Shown here: piece by piece, positions 10,614 to 19,918 of the stretch
Numbering within the stretch: position 1 is the stretch's first letter
How the letters are laid out: each line of letters starts with the position of its first letter
Source: Clostridiales bacterium
GTDB taxonomy: Bacteria > Bacillota > Clostridia > TANB77 > CAG-508
Length of the DNA: 64,000 nt
Reading direction: 5' to 3'
Assembly (NCBI GenBank): GCA_003525075.1
Contig: DQFO01000008.1
Span: 6,287-70,286 of the forward strand
The notes under the pieces: model-generated
The model's input: only the letters and a program-made list of their open reading frames with translations
Databases searched by the model: none
What the model was told of the DNA's origin: nothing
Program-made: the position numbers and the translations under genes

Positions 10614-10667
10614 AAAGATTTATAGTAATGAATTTTATTTTCATCTACTATAAATCTTTTTTTTATT
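10614..10667. terminator. Bidirectional terminator (aaagatttatagta / tactataaatcttt)
   Basis: A 14-bp perfect stem flanked by an A-run and a T-run, between the convergent small ORF and the PPIase gene. Confidence 0.6.
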
Positions 10668-11484
10668 TTCCTGAATTATATGATTTTAAATTTATTCCAT
10701 ATGTCTTATATACCCAGTCATAATAATCCCATACATCTAATGTTTTTGGTTTTCCATAATCAACTCCATATGTTTCAACTGTAACATTTGATATTATTAC
10801 ATCATTTACTGGTGTACTTACTTCTGTATTTGAACCTGAATCGGAGTCTGAATTTGTTGATTTTGATGATGCTTTTACTTCAACATTTTCAATTGCATGC
10901 ACTACATCTAATCCTTCTATTACTTTTCCAAATGTGGCATAGCTTCCATCTAATGATGTATTTGATGCTGTATTTATAAAGAATTGTGAACCTGCTGAAT
11001 TATAACTTTCTGTTGTTAATTGTGATGAATATGATGTATAATCTGCTCTTGCCATTGAAATTACCCCATCAGTATTTTTTATTTTGTTTTCATATCCGTT
11101 TGCAAGGAATTCACCTGTTATACAATATTTTTTATCTGAATCTGTTCCAGCTTCTGCTAATCCTATATCACTTAATTCTGGAGAACCTGTACCATCTCCA
11201 TTGCTATCTCCACCTTGAATCATAAATCCTTTTACAACTCTATGGAATTTTAATCCATCATAAAATCCATGATTTGCTAATGCTATAAAATTAGCAACTG
11301 TATCTGGAGCCATTTCTGGATATAATTCTAATTTTATTGTTCCAAAGTCTTTTACTTCCATTGTTACTATTGGATTTTTTACTTCCATTGTTACTTTTTT
11401 GTAATATCCAAATGATATTGTTCCTATTAATACTACAATAACAATTAATGCTATTATTGTTAAAATGTTTGTTAATTTTTTCAT
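10663..11484 (-). CDS. Peptidyl-prolyl cis-trans isomerase, cyclophilin type, membrane-anchored
   Basis: N-terminal TM helix and a cyclophilin core (FHRVVKGFMIQGGD, SMARA, GSQFFIN, YATFGKVIEG), with a Ser/Asp-rich C-terminal extension. Confidence 0.85.
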   Translation of the reverse strand: MKKLTNILTIIALIVIVVLIGTISFGYYKKVTMEVKNPIVTMEVKDFGTIKLELYPEMAPDTVANFIALANHGFYDGLKFHRVVKGFMIQGGDSNGDGTGSPELSDIGLAEAGTDSDKKYCITGEFLANGYENKIKNTDGVISMARADYTSYSSQLTTESYNSAGSQFFINTASNTSLDGSYATFGKVIEGLDVVHAIENVEVKASSKSTNSDSDSGSNTEVSTPVNDVIISNVTVETYGVDYGKPKTLDVWDYYDWVYKTYGINLKSYNSGK

Positions 11485-11579
11485 TTTTATAATCCTTCCT
11501 TTTGTATTTTACGAAGCTAATTATACATTTTATTTTTTTAAATTGCAACATTTTTCAAAAACATTTCACATTTTTTATT

Positions 11580-12650
11580 CTAAACTAAATTATCAAAAGC
11601 AAATTGTTCTTGCATTTTTCTTAAATATTGCTTTATTGCTTCTGCTCTTACTTCTCCAATTCCATCAACCTTGTCCAAATCATTTATATCTGCAACTAAT
11701 ATATGTTGGAATGATTTAAATGATTTTACTAAATTATCAACAATTGAACTTGGCATTCTTGGGACTTTGTTTAATATTCTATATCCTTTTGGATATACTG
11801 CTAAATCTTCATAATTTTCAAAGCTTTCATATCCAAGCAATTTGGCTATTGTACTTTGTTTCATTAATTCTTCATGTCCTAAATTTTCTAAATGTTCTAT
11901 TATTTCTTCTGATGTCGATTCTGCAACTAAATAATCTTTAACTAATTGCATTTCTTCTTTTTCTAATCCCCCAATTAGTTCCTCTAATTGCATGCTTACA
12001 AGTCTTCCATCTTCTCCTAATTCATATATTTTCTTTTTTATTTCTTCTACAATTCTCTTTACCATTTCTGCTCTTTGAATTACAGATATTACATTATCTA
12101 ATGTTACAATATCATTAAATTCATATTCATTTAATATACTTAATTTACTATCATATACTTTTCTGTATTTTTCTAATGTTTGAATTGCTTGATTTGCTTT
12201 ATTTAATACTACATCTGTATCTTCTAATATATATCTGTAGTTGTCTTTAAAGATTGTTATTATATTTCTTCTTTGAGATATACTTATAACTAATTCTCCT
12301 GTTTGTTTTGCTGTTCTTTCTGCAGTTCTATGTCTCGTTCCTGTTTCAACTGTTGGTATTTGATATGATGGTATTAATTGTGCATTTGCAAATAATATTT
12401 TTTTCATATCTCCACTTAATATTATTGCACCATCCATTTTTGCTAATTCATATAATTTTGATGATGTATAATCTTCATTTATATTAAATCCACCATCAAC
12501 AATTTCATCAATTACTTCCTGCTTATCTGTTATTAATAATAATGCTCCTGTTCTTGCTTTTAATATGTTGTCTAGTCCTTCTCTTATAGGTGTTCCTGGT
12601 GCTATTTTCTTTAAAATTTCTGCAATTGGATCTTCTTTTATTGCCTTCAT
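11580..12650 (-). CDS. disA: DNA integrity scanning protein DisA (diadenylate cyclase)
   Basis: DAC domain (GALLLITD, DGAIILS, GTRHRTAERTAKQTG) plus a C-terminal HhH (VDGIGEVRAEAIKQYL). It lies downstream of radA, as is typical. Confidence 0.9.
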   Translation of the reverse strand: MKAIKEDPIAEILKKIAPGTPIREGLDNILKARTGALLLITDKQEVIDEIVDGGFNINEDYTSSKLYELAKMDGAIILSGDMKKILFANAQLIPSYQIPTVETGTRHRTAERTAKQTGELVISISQRRNIITIFKDNYRYILEDTDVVLNKANQAIQTLEKYRKVYDSKLSILNEYEFNDIVTLDNVISVIQRAEMVKRIVEEIKKKIYELGEDGRLVSMQLEELIGGLEKEEMQLVKDYLVAESTSEEIIEHLENLGHEELMKQSTIAKLLGYESFENYEDLAVYPKGYRILNKVPRMPSSIVDNLVKSFKSFQHILVADINDLDKVDGIGEVRAEAIKQYLRKMQEQFAFDNLV

Positions 12651-12700
12651 TGAAAAACCTTCCTCTCTACTATAAAGCCTATTTTTCTAATCTTTTGTTT

Positions 12701-14062
12701 TTATTTTATTCCTAATTTTCTTAGTGCTTCTCCAATATTTTTCACACCTATTATATCTAATTTGTATTCATCTTTCAAGCTTTTTTTGTTATTTTCTGGA
12801 ATTATACATGTTTTAAAGCCCAATTTTTCTGCTTCTTTTAATCTTTTTTCAATTAAATTAATTCTTCTTACTTCTCCTGTCAAACCTACTTCTCCCATAA
12901 CAACTGTACTTTGCGGAATTGGTATATTTTTATATGCAGATGCAACTGTTGCTATTATTCCTAAATCGACTGCTGGTTCATTTAATTTCATTCCACCTGC
13001 TATATTTAAATAAATATCTTGCCCTCCCAATGCTAATCCTGCTCTTTTTTCTAGAACTGCAATTAATACTGCTAATCTGTTATAATCAAATCCATTTGCA
13101 GTTCTTTTTGGTATTCCAAATACTGATTGTGATGTTAATGCTTGCATTTCTACTAGTATTGGTCTCGTTCCTTCTATGCTTGCTATAATACATGAGCCAG
13201 ATGGATTGTCTTCTCTTTCTGTTATTAAAATGTCTGATGGATTTGTTACTTCACACATTCCTTCTTGTCTCATTTCAAACATTCCTATTTCATTTGTTGA
13301 TCCAAATCTGTTTTTTACAGCTCTTAATATTCTATATGTATTATATCTTTCTCCTTCTAAATAAAGTACCGTATCTACCATATGTTCCAAAACTCTTGGA
13401 CCTGCTATGTTTCCTTCTTTTGTTACATGTCCTATTATTATTGTTGTTATTTGTTGTGCTTTACATACTCTCATTATTTGTGCTGTTATTTCTCTTACTT
13501 GACTTACACTTCCTGCTGCTGCAGTTATTTCGTCTGAATACATTGTTTGTATTGAGTCTATTATTACTAGTTTTGGTTGCATTTCTGATATTGCTTCTTT
13601 TACTATATCTATATCTGTTTCTCCTAAAAACATTAATTCTTCACTTTTTACATCTAATCTATCTGCTCTTAATTTTATTTGTTCTGCTGATTCTTCTCCA
13701 GATACATATAATACTTTTCCTTCTCCTTGTACTTTTTCACATAATTGTAATATTAATGTTGATTTTCCTATTCCAGGTTCTCCTCCTAATAATATCAATG
13801 AGCCTTTTACTAATCCACCTCCTAGAACTCTATCTAATTCTGAATATCCTGTTGAGGTTCTATTTGCTTCTTGTCCTATATATGTGTTTAATGGTTTTGG
13901 GGTATTATTTATCTTTTTTTCTATTTTGTTTTCTTCTGTGTATTTCTCTATTTTTTGTTCATAAAATGTATTCCAACTATTACATGCTGGACATTTTCCT
14001 AACCATTTTGGTGATTCATTTCCACATTCACTACATACAAATATTGTTTTTGCTTTTGCCAT
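12701..14062 (-). CDS. radA: DNA repair protein RadA/Sms
   Basis: N-terminal zinc ribbon (FVCSECGNESPKWLGKCPAC), Walker A GGEPGIGKST, the KNRFG motif and a Lon-like C-terminal domain. Confidence 0.93.
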   Translation of the reverse strand: MAKAKTIFVCSECGNESPKWLGKCPACNSWNTFYEQKIEKYTEENKIEKKINNTPKPLNTYIGQEANRTSTGYSELDRVLGGGLVKGSLILLGGEPGIGKSTLILQLCEKVQGEGKVLYVSGEESAEQIKLRADRLDVKSEELMFLGETDIDIVKEAISEMQPKLVIIDSIQTMYSDEITAAAGSVSQVREITAQIMRVCKAQQITTIIIGHVTKEGNIAGPRVLEHMVDTVLYLEGERYNTYRILRAVKNRFGSTNEIGMFEMRQEGMCEVTNPSDILITEREDNPSGSCIIASIEGTRPILVEMQALTSQSVFGIPKRTANGFDYNRLAVLIAVLEKRAGLALGGQDIYLNIAGGMKLNEPAVDLGIIATVASAYKNIPIPQSTVVMGEVGLTGEVRRINLIEKRLKEAEKLGFKTCIIPENNKKSLKDEYKLDIIGVKNIGEALRKLGIK

Positions 14063-14097
14063 TTTTCCATCATTCCTATCTTATTTTTTCTTTTTGA

Positions 14098-14126
14098 ATT
14101 ATATATTTTTTGTTTTTATTAGTCAA
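14098..14126 (-). promoter_or_regulatory. Candidate sigma-A promoter of radA-disA (TTGACT-17-TATAAT)
   Basis: Read on the minus strand: -35 at 14121-14126, -10 at 14098-14103, 17-nt spacer. Confidence 0.45.
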
Positions 14127-14261
14127 TATATTTTCGAAAAAATGTTTGCAATTATTTGTAATTTATTTCCTTTGATTTCGACAAATTTTGATGTTATTAT
14201 TAATTATAAGAACTAATTTTATTTTGCCTTTATTTTAAGACAGAAAGGACTGAGATTTATT

Positions 14262-14507
14262 ATGAATAAAATTATTATAGGATTAAAAAATTTAGATAAG
14301 GATACTTATAAAATTATAAAATATGGTATATTATTCTCAATATTTCTTGCGATTATTGCATCTACAATACTAATTTCTTACATATTACTTGGAATTAACT
14401 TATTTTATCATATTGGTGAACTTTTAATTAAATCTAGTTTTACTTTTGCTACACAATTTGTCATTTGTGGTATTATTGTTGATTCTATTAAAAAACAAAT
14501 TATATAG
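14262..14507 (+). CDS. Small two-TM membrane protein, unknown function
   Basis: 81 aa with two hydrophobic helices, an AAAGGA RBS, and a GC-rich hairpin downstream. Confidence 0.4.
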   Translation: MNKIIIGLKNLDKDTYKIIKYGILFSIFLAIIASTILISYILLGINLFYHIGELLIKSSFTFATQFVICGIIVDSIKKQII

Positions 14508-14521
14508 ATATAATATAAAAG

Positions 14522-14540
14522 AAAGCCCCTTAGGGGCTTT
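14522..14540. terminator. Bidirectional terminator aaagcccc-tta-ggggcttt
   Basis: An 8-bp GC-rich perfect stem between the convergent 81-aa gene and spoVG. Confidence 0.65.
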
Positions 14541-14555
14541 AATAATATTTATATA

Positions 14556-14828
14556 TTATTCTGCTGATTCTTCTGTTTCAGGAGCGTTATAAGCTTCTAA
14601 AATAGCTTTTTGAATTTTTTCTCTTGTCTCAGCATTGATTGGATGAGCTATGTCTTTGAATTCTCCGTTTGGAGTTTTTCTGCTTGGCATAGCAATGAAT
14701 AATCCATCTTGACTTTCGATAACTTTGATATCATGGATAACAAATTCATTATCGAATGTTACAGAAGCAACAGCTTTCATTCTGTTCTCTGAATTTACTT
14801 TTCTTAAACGTACGTCTGTTATTTGCAT
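14556..14828 (-). CDS. spoVG: Septation protein SpoVG
   Basis: [49 protein letters not shown] is the SpoVG signature. The start is set at the ATG 8 nt after GGAGG (the tracked ORF starts 5 codons upstream). Confidence 0.9.
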   Translation of the reverse strand: MQITDVRLRKVNSENRMKAVASVTFDNEFVIHDIKVIESQDGLFIAMPSRKTPNGEFKDIAHPINAETREKIQKAILEAYNAPETEESAE

Positions 14829-15058
14829 TGTGTGCACCTCCACTGTTAAATTTTTTGTACTAATAAGTTTTATATCTTATGTACTAGTCTATTATTCTCC
14901 AATATTTTCTTTTTTCCCTCTTTTTTTTCAAAAAATTTTTTTATTTTATTTTTTTTAGATTTATTGTCTCAAAAAACTTGAAATTTGCATTATATAAGTA
15001 TATAATGTGAACTAATAATTTAGACATATATTTTGAAAATACAAGGAGAGATTTTATA

Positions 15059-16441
15059 ATGCCAAATATTGAAAATATTAAAAAATATCAAAAAATACAT
15101 ATGATAGGAATTGGTGGAATTAGCATGAGTGGAATTGCTGAAATCCTTGCCAATTGGGGGTTTTCTGTTTCTGGAAGCAATAATGTTGATTCAGAAATTT
15201 TACATACTTTAGAAAATGCAGGAATTAAAGTATTTGTTGGTCATGATGCCAAAAATGTAATTGGAGCTGATTGTGTTGTTTATACAGCTGCAATTCATCA
15301 AGACAATCCAGAACTTATACATGCAAAAGAACTTGGAATTCCTACTATAGAAAGATCTGATTTTTTAGGTGAACTTACAAGATGTTATAAAAATACTATT
15401 GCAATTTCAGGAACACATGGAAAAACAACTACAACATCACTTGTTTCTTTATGTTTCTTAGAAGCATTAAGAGATCCAAGTATACAAGTTGGTGCAATAA
15501 TAAAAGAACTTGATGGAAATTATAGAGTTGGAAATAGTGAAAATTTTATAATAGAAGCTTGTGAATATGTTGAGAGTTTTTTAAAATTTAGTCCAAAATC
15601 TGAAATAATTTTAAACATTGATAATGATCATCTAGATTATTATAAAAATTTAGAAAATATAAAGAATGCTTTTATAAAATATGTAAAATTACTACCTGAA
15701 GATGGACATTTAATAATAAATGCTGATGATAATAATTGTTTAGACCTACCTGTTTATTCAAAAGCTCAAGCAATTAAATATGGTATCGAAAATGATGATG
15801 TTGATTTTCAAGCGAAAAATATTAAATTTGATGATGAAGGAATGGCTGAATTTGATGTTTATAAATATAATGAATTTTATGAACATATTTCACTTTCTAT
15901 TCCAGGAAAACATAATATTTTAAATGCTTTAGCTTGTATTGCTTTATGTGATACTTATGGAATTTCAAAAGCTGATATAAAAAATGCTATTCATAAATTT
16001 AAAGGTGCTGATAGAAGATTTGAATTTAAAGGTATGTTAAATGGTGCTAGAGTTTATGATGATTATGGTCATCATCCAACAGAAGTTAAAGCTACTGCAA
16101 AAGCTTTAAAAAACAAAAAATATAATAAATCTTGGGTTGTATTCCAACCACATACATATAGTAGAACATTTAATCTTTTAGATGATTTCGCAAATGCTTT
16201 ACTTGAATTTGATAATATTATTGTTACAGATATTTATGCAGCAAGAGAAACTAATACTTATAATATTTCTTCAAAAGATTTAGTTAATAAAATAATTGAA
16301 TTAGGAAAAAATGCTATATATCTTCCTTCTCTTGAAGAATGTGCTTCTTATCTAAAAGAAAATGTAAAAAAAGATGATATTGTTCTTACTTTAGGAGCTG
16401 GAACTGTTACAAATATAGGACCTATGATTGTTGAGAGATAG
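15059..16441 (+). CDS. murC: UDP-N-acetylmuramate--L-alanine ligase
   Basis: IHMIGIGGISMSGIAEIL, ISGTHGKTTTTS, NIDNDHLDYY and DDYGHHPTEV match MurC. Confidence 0.92.
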   Translation: MPNIENIKKYQKIHMIGIGGISMSGIAEILANWGFSVSGSNNVDSEILHTLENAGIKVFVGHDAKNVIGADCVVYTAAIHQDNPELIHAKELGIPTIERSDFLGELTRCYKNTIAISGTHGKTTTTSLVSLCFLEALRDPSIQVGAIIKELDGNYRVGNSENFIIEACEYVESFLKFSPKSEIILNIDNDHLDYYKNLENIKNAFIKYVKLLPEDGHLIINADDNNCLDLPVYSKAQAIKYGIENDDVDFQAKNIKFDDEGMAEFDVYKYNEFYEHISLSIPGKHNILNALACIALCDTYGISKADIKNAIHKFKGADRRFEFKGMLNGARVYDDYGHHPTEVKATAKALKNKKYNKSWVVFQPHTYSRTFNLLDDFANALLEFDNIIVTDIYAARETNTYNISSKDLVNKIIELGKNAIYLPSLEECASYLKENVKKDDIVLTLGAGTVTNIGPMIVER

Positions 16442-16457
16442 TTATAAAACTATCTCT

Positions 16458-17075
16458 TTATTCTTCACCAAAAATTTCCCCATCTGATTCAATTGTTTCA
16501 ATATTCATCTTATTTTCTTTTTGAGAATTAACTTCATTTTGAACAATTTTTTCATCTTGTTTTTTCACTTCTTCACCTTTTTTCTCTTGATTCTTATTAC
16601 AATCCGATTTTTTACAATTCTTCTTTTTTATATCTTCTAAAATTCTTTTTGTTCTTTCATCTTTTTGACAAATTGTTTTATTAAACATTTCATTAATTTT
16701 TTGCATTAAATCTGGAACATAATCTATAAGTCTATCAATACAAGATTGATGGTCAACAGGCATTAATTTTACATTATCTCCTTGCACAACTAAAAAAGCA
16801 ACTGGATTTATTGAAACACCTGCCCCTGCTCCACCTCCAAATGGTAATTTGTATTCAATTTCTTCATCTTTGTCTTTCATTCTATATTGTTTTATAGTTT
16901 CACCTGTAAATTCACTTCCACCTGCTGCAAATCCAAAAGATACTTTAGAGATTGGAATAATTGTAATTCCATTCATTGATTGAATTGGCTCACCTACTAT
17001 AGTATTCACATCTACCATGTTTTGAATACTATTCATTGCTGTAATCATTAAATTTTCAATAGGATGTTCTCCCAT
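16458..17075 (-). CDS. ytfJ: Sporulation protein YtfJ (GerW family) with a charged C-terminal extension
   Basis: TIIPISKVSFGFAAGGSEF..GGGAGAGVSINPVAFLVV is the GerW/YtfJ core. A Lys/Glu-rich tail follows. Confidence 0.75.
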   Translation of the reverse strand: MGEHPIENLMITAMNSIQNMVDVNTIVGEPIQSMNGITIIPISKVSFGFAAGGSEFTGETIKQYRMKDKDEEIEYKLPFGGGAGAGVSINPVAFLVVQGDNVKLMPVDHQSCIDRLIDYVPDLMQKINEMFNKTICQKDERTKRILEDIKKKNCKKSDCNKNQEKKGEEVKKQDEKIVQNEVNSQKENKMNIETIESDGEIFGEE

Positions 17076-17083
17076 AATATCAC

Positions 17084-17674
17084 TTACCTTACTTTAAAAT
17101 TTAGATTTTTATTTAAGGGTTTATCCATAAACCTTTCCTTTATATTGTTTTTTATAAATTTATATATATAATGCATCAAATATATTGTAAATATACCATT
17201 TAGATTAATTTTTAATAAATTTCTATTTGCATAAATTGGCAAAATCTGATATTTCGGCTTTTTTATAATTATTCCCAATATTCCAGCCAAAATTCCCACT
17301 AATATTGCAGTTATTCCTGCATCTTCTGTTCCAATATTGACATTCAAATCTATATTTTTTATATCTATATTAATATTTTGAATCAATTCCAAATAATTTA
17401 TTTTTATATCTTTATTTTTAAAAATCTTTATATCAAAATCACTTGTTTCAAATTTCACATCTTTCATTGGTATATTTCTTACATTTTTTCTAAATAATTT
17501 AATTTTATTAAATAATAATAAATAAACATATATTTTTCCATCTTCATTTATTTTTTCTTCTGCATCTGTATCAATTATAAGATTTTTTATATCTATACCA
17601 ATTTTACTTGTATGTATTGCAATTATCAAAATCGTAAATATTACTAATATAAAAAGAAAAAACAATATTATCAA
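17084..17674 (-). CDS. DUF2953-like sporulation membrane protein (YtfI-like)
   Basis: 196 aa with an N-terminal TM helix, positioned immediately upstream of ytfJ as ytfI is in Bacillus. The assignment rests on context. Confidence 0.45.
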   Translation of the reverse strand: MIILFFLFILVIFTILIIAIHTSKIGIDIKNLIIDTDAEEKINEDGKIYVYLLLFNKIKLFRKNVRNIPMKDVKFETSDFDIKIFKNKDIKINYLELIQNINIDIKNIDLNVNIGTEDAGITAILVGILAGILGIIIKKPKYQILPIYANRNLLKINLNGIFTIYLMHYIYKFIKNNIKERFMDKPLNKNLNFKVR

Positions 17675-17721
17675 CTCTTTTCTTAAAAGTTATAATATTA
17701 TTTTTTCCCATTTTTTCTTTT

Positions 17722-18489
17722 TTAATCTTCAATTTGTTTTGGGTGAAATTTTGACTTTTCTACCTCTATGTCTCCAAATAATTCATCTTGTTCTGTTACA
17801 ACTTTATTTCTACGTGACATTTCTAAAAGTCCTGTAAATGCTGTAACAACTTCATTTTTACTATGTTTTTTTAATGTAAATAATTTATTAAATGTAAATT
17901 TCTTATATTTTATTAATGCTCTATACATATCTTTTACTTTATCTCCAACAGAAAATGTTTCTGTTATTGCTATTTTTTCAATATTTGCAGCATTTTCATT
18001 TATTTTTTCAGCATTTGTTTGCAACAATTTTTGATAAACTTCTGGTATTATATTTGGAGTATAATCTTTTTGTATTTTTTGTTTTGGTAATTCAATTTCT
18101 TCTGGCATTTTAAATAATCTATTTGAATTTACTAAAAATGCTTCTTTTAATTTTTTGGTTATTTCTTTATATTTTTTATATTCAATTATTCTTCTAATAA
18201 GTTCTTCTTCTGTAATTTCTTCCTCTTCATTTTCTACTTTTGGTAATAAATGTTTTGATTTTAAATATAATAATGTTGATGACATAACTAAAAATTCACT
18301 TGTTATATCTAAATTCATTTTTTCCATTTGATTTATATAATCTATATATTGATCTGCTATTTCACTTATATTTATGTCATAAATATCCATTTTATTTTTG
18401 TCTATTAAGTGACATAATAAATCTAATGGTCCTTCAAAATTTTCTAATTTTATAGAATATATTCTTCCCATTGTAATTAAATTTTGCAT
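17722..18489 (-). CDS. scpA: Segregation and condensation protein A
   Basis: FEGPLDLLCHLIDKNKMDIYDINISEIADQY, LVMSSTLLYLKSKHLLP and the C-terminal FTGLLEM match ScpA. Confidence 0.85.
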   Translation of the reverse strand: MQNLITMGRIYSIKLENFEGPLDLLCHLIDKNKMDIYDINISEIADQYIDYINQMEKMNLDITSEFLVMSSTLLYLKSKHLLPKVENEEEEITEEELIRRIIEYKKYKEITKKLKEAFLVNSNRLFKMPEEIELPKQKIQKDYTPNIIPEVYQKLLQTNAEKINENAANIEKIAITETFSVGDKVKDMYRALIKYKKFTFNKLFTLKKHSKNEVVTAFTGLLEMSRRNKVVTEQDELFGDIEVEKSKFHPKQIED

Positions 18490-18532
18490 TTGTTTTTCCT
18501 TCCTTTAAGCTACAACTCTGTCCAAAATTAAT

Positions 18533-19036
18533 TTATTCATATTTGCTTATTGGATATCCTTTTCTAAACAAATATTGATTAATTTTTTCTTCTTCCATAT
18601 TTCCTGCTTTTTTTCTTCTTATTTTTTCTATACATTTCTTTTCATATTCTTCAAGTTCTTCTCTATTATCTTCTATATATTTTTCGACTAATTTTTTGTC
18701 TAATCCTTTTTCTAGAAGTTTGTATTTTAATTCTCTTATTGATAATGTTTTTAACATCATATATTCATTTACTTGTTTTTGAATAAATTGATAATCATCT
18801 AGATAATTAGCTTCTTTTAGATATTCAATTATTTCATCAAGTAATTGTTCATCTATTTCATTTTTAAACTTTTTTCTTACTTCTTGCTCTGTTCTTTTTT
18901 TATATGTAATATATTTCATTATTCTTGTTTTAGCTTCATCTTTTCTTTTTAAATCATTAATTTTAGTAGTTTTTATATCTTCTAAATCTATTGATTTTAA
19001 TGATTTAAAGTCATCTACATTGTTTATAATTTTCAT
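18533..19036 (-). CDS. recX: Regulatory protein RecX-like
   Basis: 167 aa of repeated three-helix modules (..YLDDYQF.., ..SIRELKYKLLEKGLDKKLVEKYI.., ..INQYLFRKGY) typical of RecX. No recA gene is adjacent. Confidence 0.6.
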   Translation of the reverse strand: MKIINNVDDFKSLKSIDLEDIKTTKINDLKRKDEAKTRIMKYITYKKRTEQEVRKKFKNEIDEQLLDEIIEYLKEANYLDDYQFIQKQVNEYMMLKTLSIRELKYKLLEKGLDKKLVEKYIEDNREELEEYEKKCIEKIRRKKAGNMEEEKINQYLFRKGYPISKYE

Positions 19037-19184
19037 TATGTTTGCTCCTTTTGATTAATTTTATATGATTTTTTATTTTTTTGCAAGATTTTTCAAGTAT
19101 ATTTTGGTTCAATAAATTAATACTATAAATAAGGTTTTGTTTTGAAACCTTTAATTGTAATTTTTAGAAAGGAATTTAGACATT

Positions 19185-19685
19185 ATGAGTAAAAAATTGT
19201 TTCTTGCAATTGGTTTGGCTATAGCAATAATATTTTCTTTTTCTGTTACTTTAAGTTTTGCTACCGAAAATACTATGCAAAATGCTGGCAATGATGTTGT
19301 TAATGGTGTAAGAGATGTTGTTGGTGGAGCTGAAAATGCTGTCGAAGATGCTTTAAAAGGTGTTGGAGATGGAATAAATGATATGACTAATATGAACAAT
19401 AACAACAATAATGCAAATACTAATACTACAAATAATACTAATAATAATGATATTATGACTGGTATTGGTAATGATGCTAATACAGCTGTTAGAAATACTA
19501 CAGGTTATAATGCTACTAGAACAGCAACAGATGCAAACACAGCTAATTTCTTAGGTATGAATTCTACTATGTGGACTTGGCTTATAATTGCTGTTGCAGC
19601 TGCTGTTATTATTGCTTTAATTTGGTATTATGCTTCTTCTAATAATAGAAGAACTAATTACTATGATGATGACAATAATCATTAA
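19185..19685 (+). CDS. Secreted/C-terminally anchored Asn/Thr-rich protein, unknown function
   Basis: Signal peptide (LAIGLAIAIIFSFSVTLSFA), a poly-N low-complexity region and a C-terminal TM helix (WLIIAVAAAVIIALIWYY). Confidence 0.5.
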   Translation: MSKKLFLAIGLAIAIIFSFSVTLSFATENTMQNAGNDVVNGVRDVVGGAENAVEDALKGVGDGINDMTNMNNNNNNANTNTTNNTNNNDIMTGIGNDANTAVRNTTGYNATRTATDANTANFLGMNSTMWTWLIIAVAAAVIIALIWYYASSNNRRTNYYDDDNNH

Positions 19686-19720
19686 TCTTAAAATACAAGA
19701 AAAAGGCCTCATAACATTAG

Positions 19721-19918
19721 TTATGAAGTCTTTTTTTGTATCTTTAAAAGTTTTTCATATTCTTCAGTTTTTTGGGCAATTCTTCTATCATTTATTTTAA
19801 TTTCTTCATTAAGCATCTGTAAAATTTTTAATGTTGTTTTTGAATCTAAAGTTTTTATATTCATTTCTTCTTTTTTTACTTTTTGATATATTTCAAAAAA
19901 TTGCTTTTTATCTTCCAT
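19721..19918 (-). CDS. Small helical hypothetical protein (65 aa), translationally coupled to the 591-aa gene
   Basis: The ATG lies 8 nt after AAAGGAGA and overlaps the 3' end of the upstream gene by 11 nt. Confidence 0.4.
   Translation of the reverse strand: MEDKKQFFEIYQKVKKEEMNIKTLDSKTTLKILQMLNEEIKINDRRIAQKTEEYEKLLKIQKKTS

Noticed and set aside
13192-14097. A 301-aa plus-strand ORF, with many similar Leu/Phe/Ile-rich ORFs throughout the track (for example 24765-25319, 25686-26081, 28136-28642, 36528-36953, 47112-47483).
   Set aside because: They lie antisense to well-supported genes (radA, groEL, pyrG, the kinase and others). Their products are low-complexity L/F/I-rich sequence and they lack RBSs. 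These are typical antisense artefacts in AT-rich DNA.
14104-14140. A CtsR operator upstream of radA (AGTCAAT...).
   Set aside because: Only a single degenerate heptad is present, not the tandem GGTCAAA-NAN-GGTCAAA repeat.
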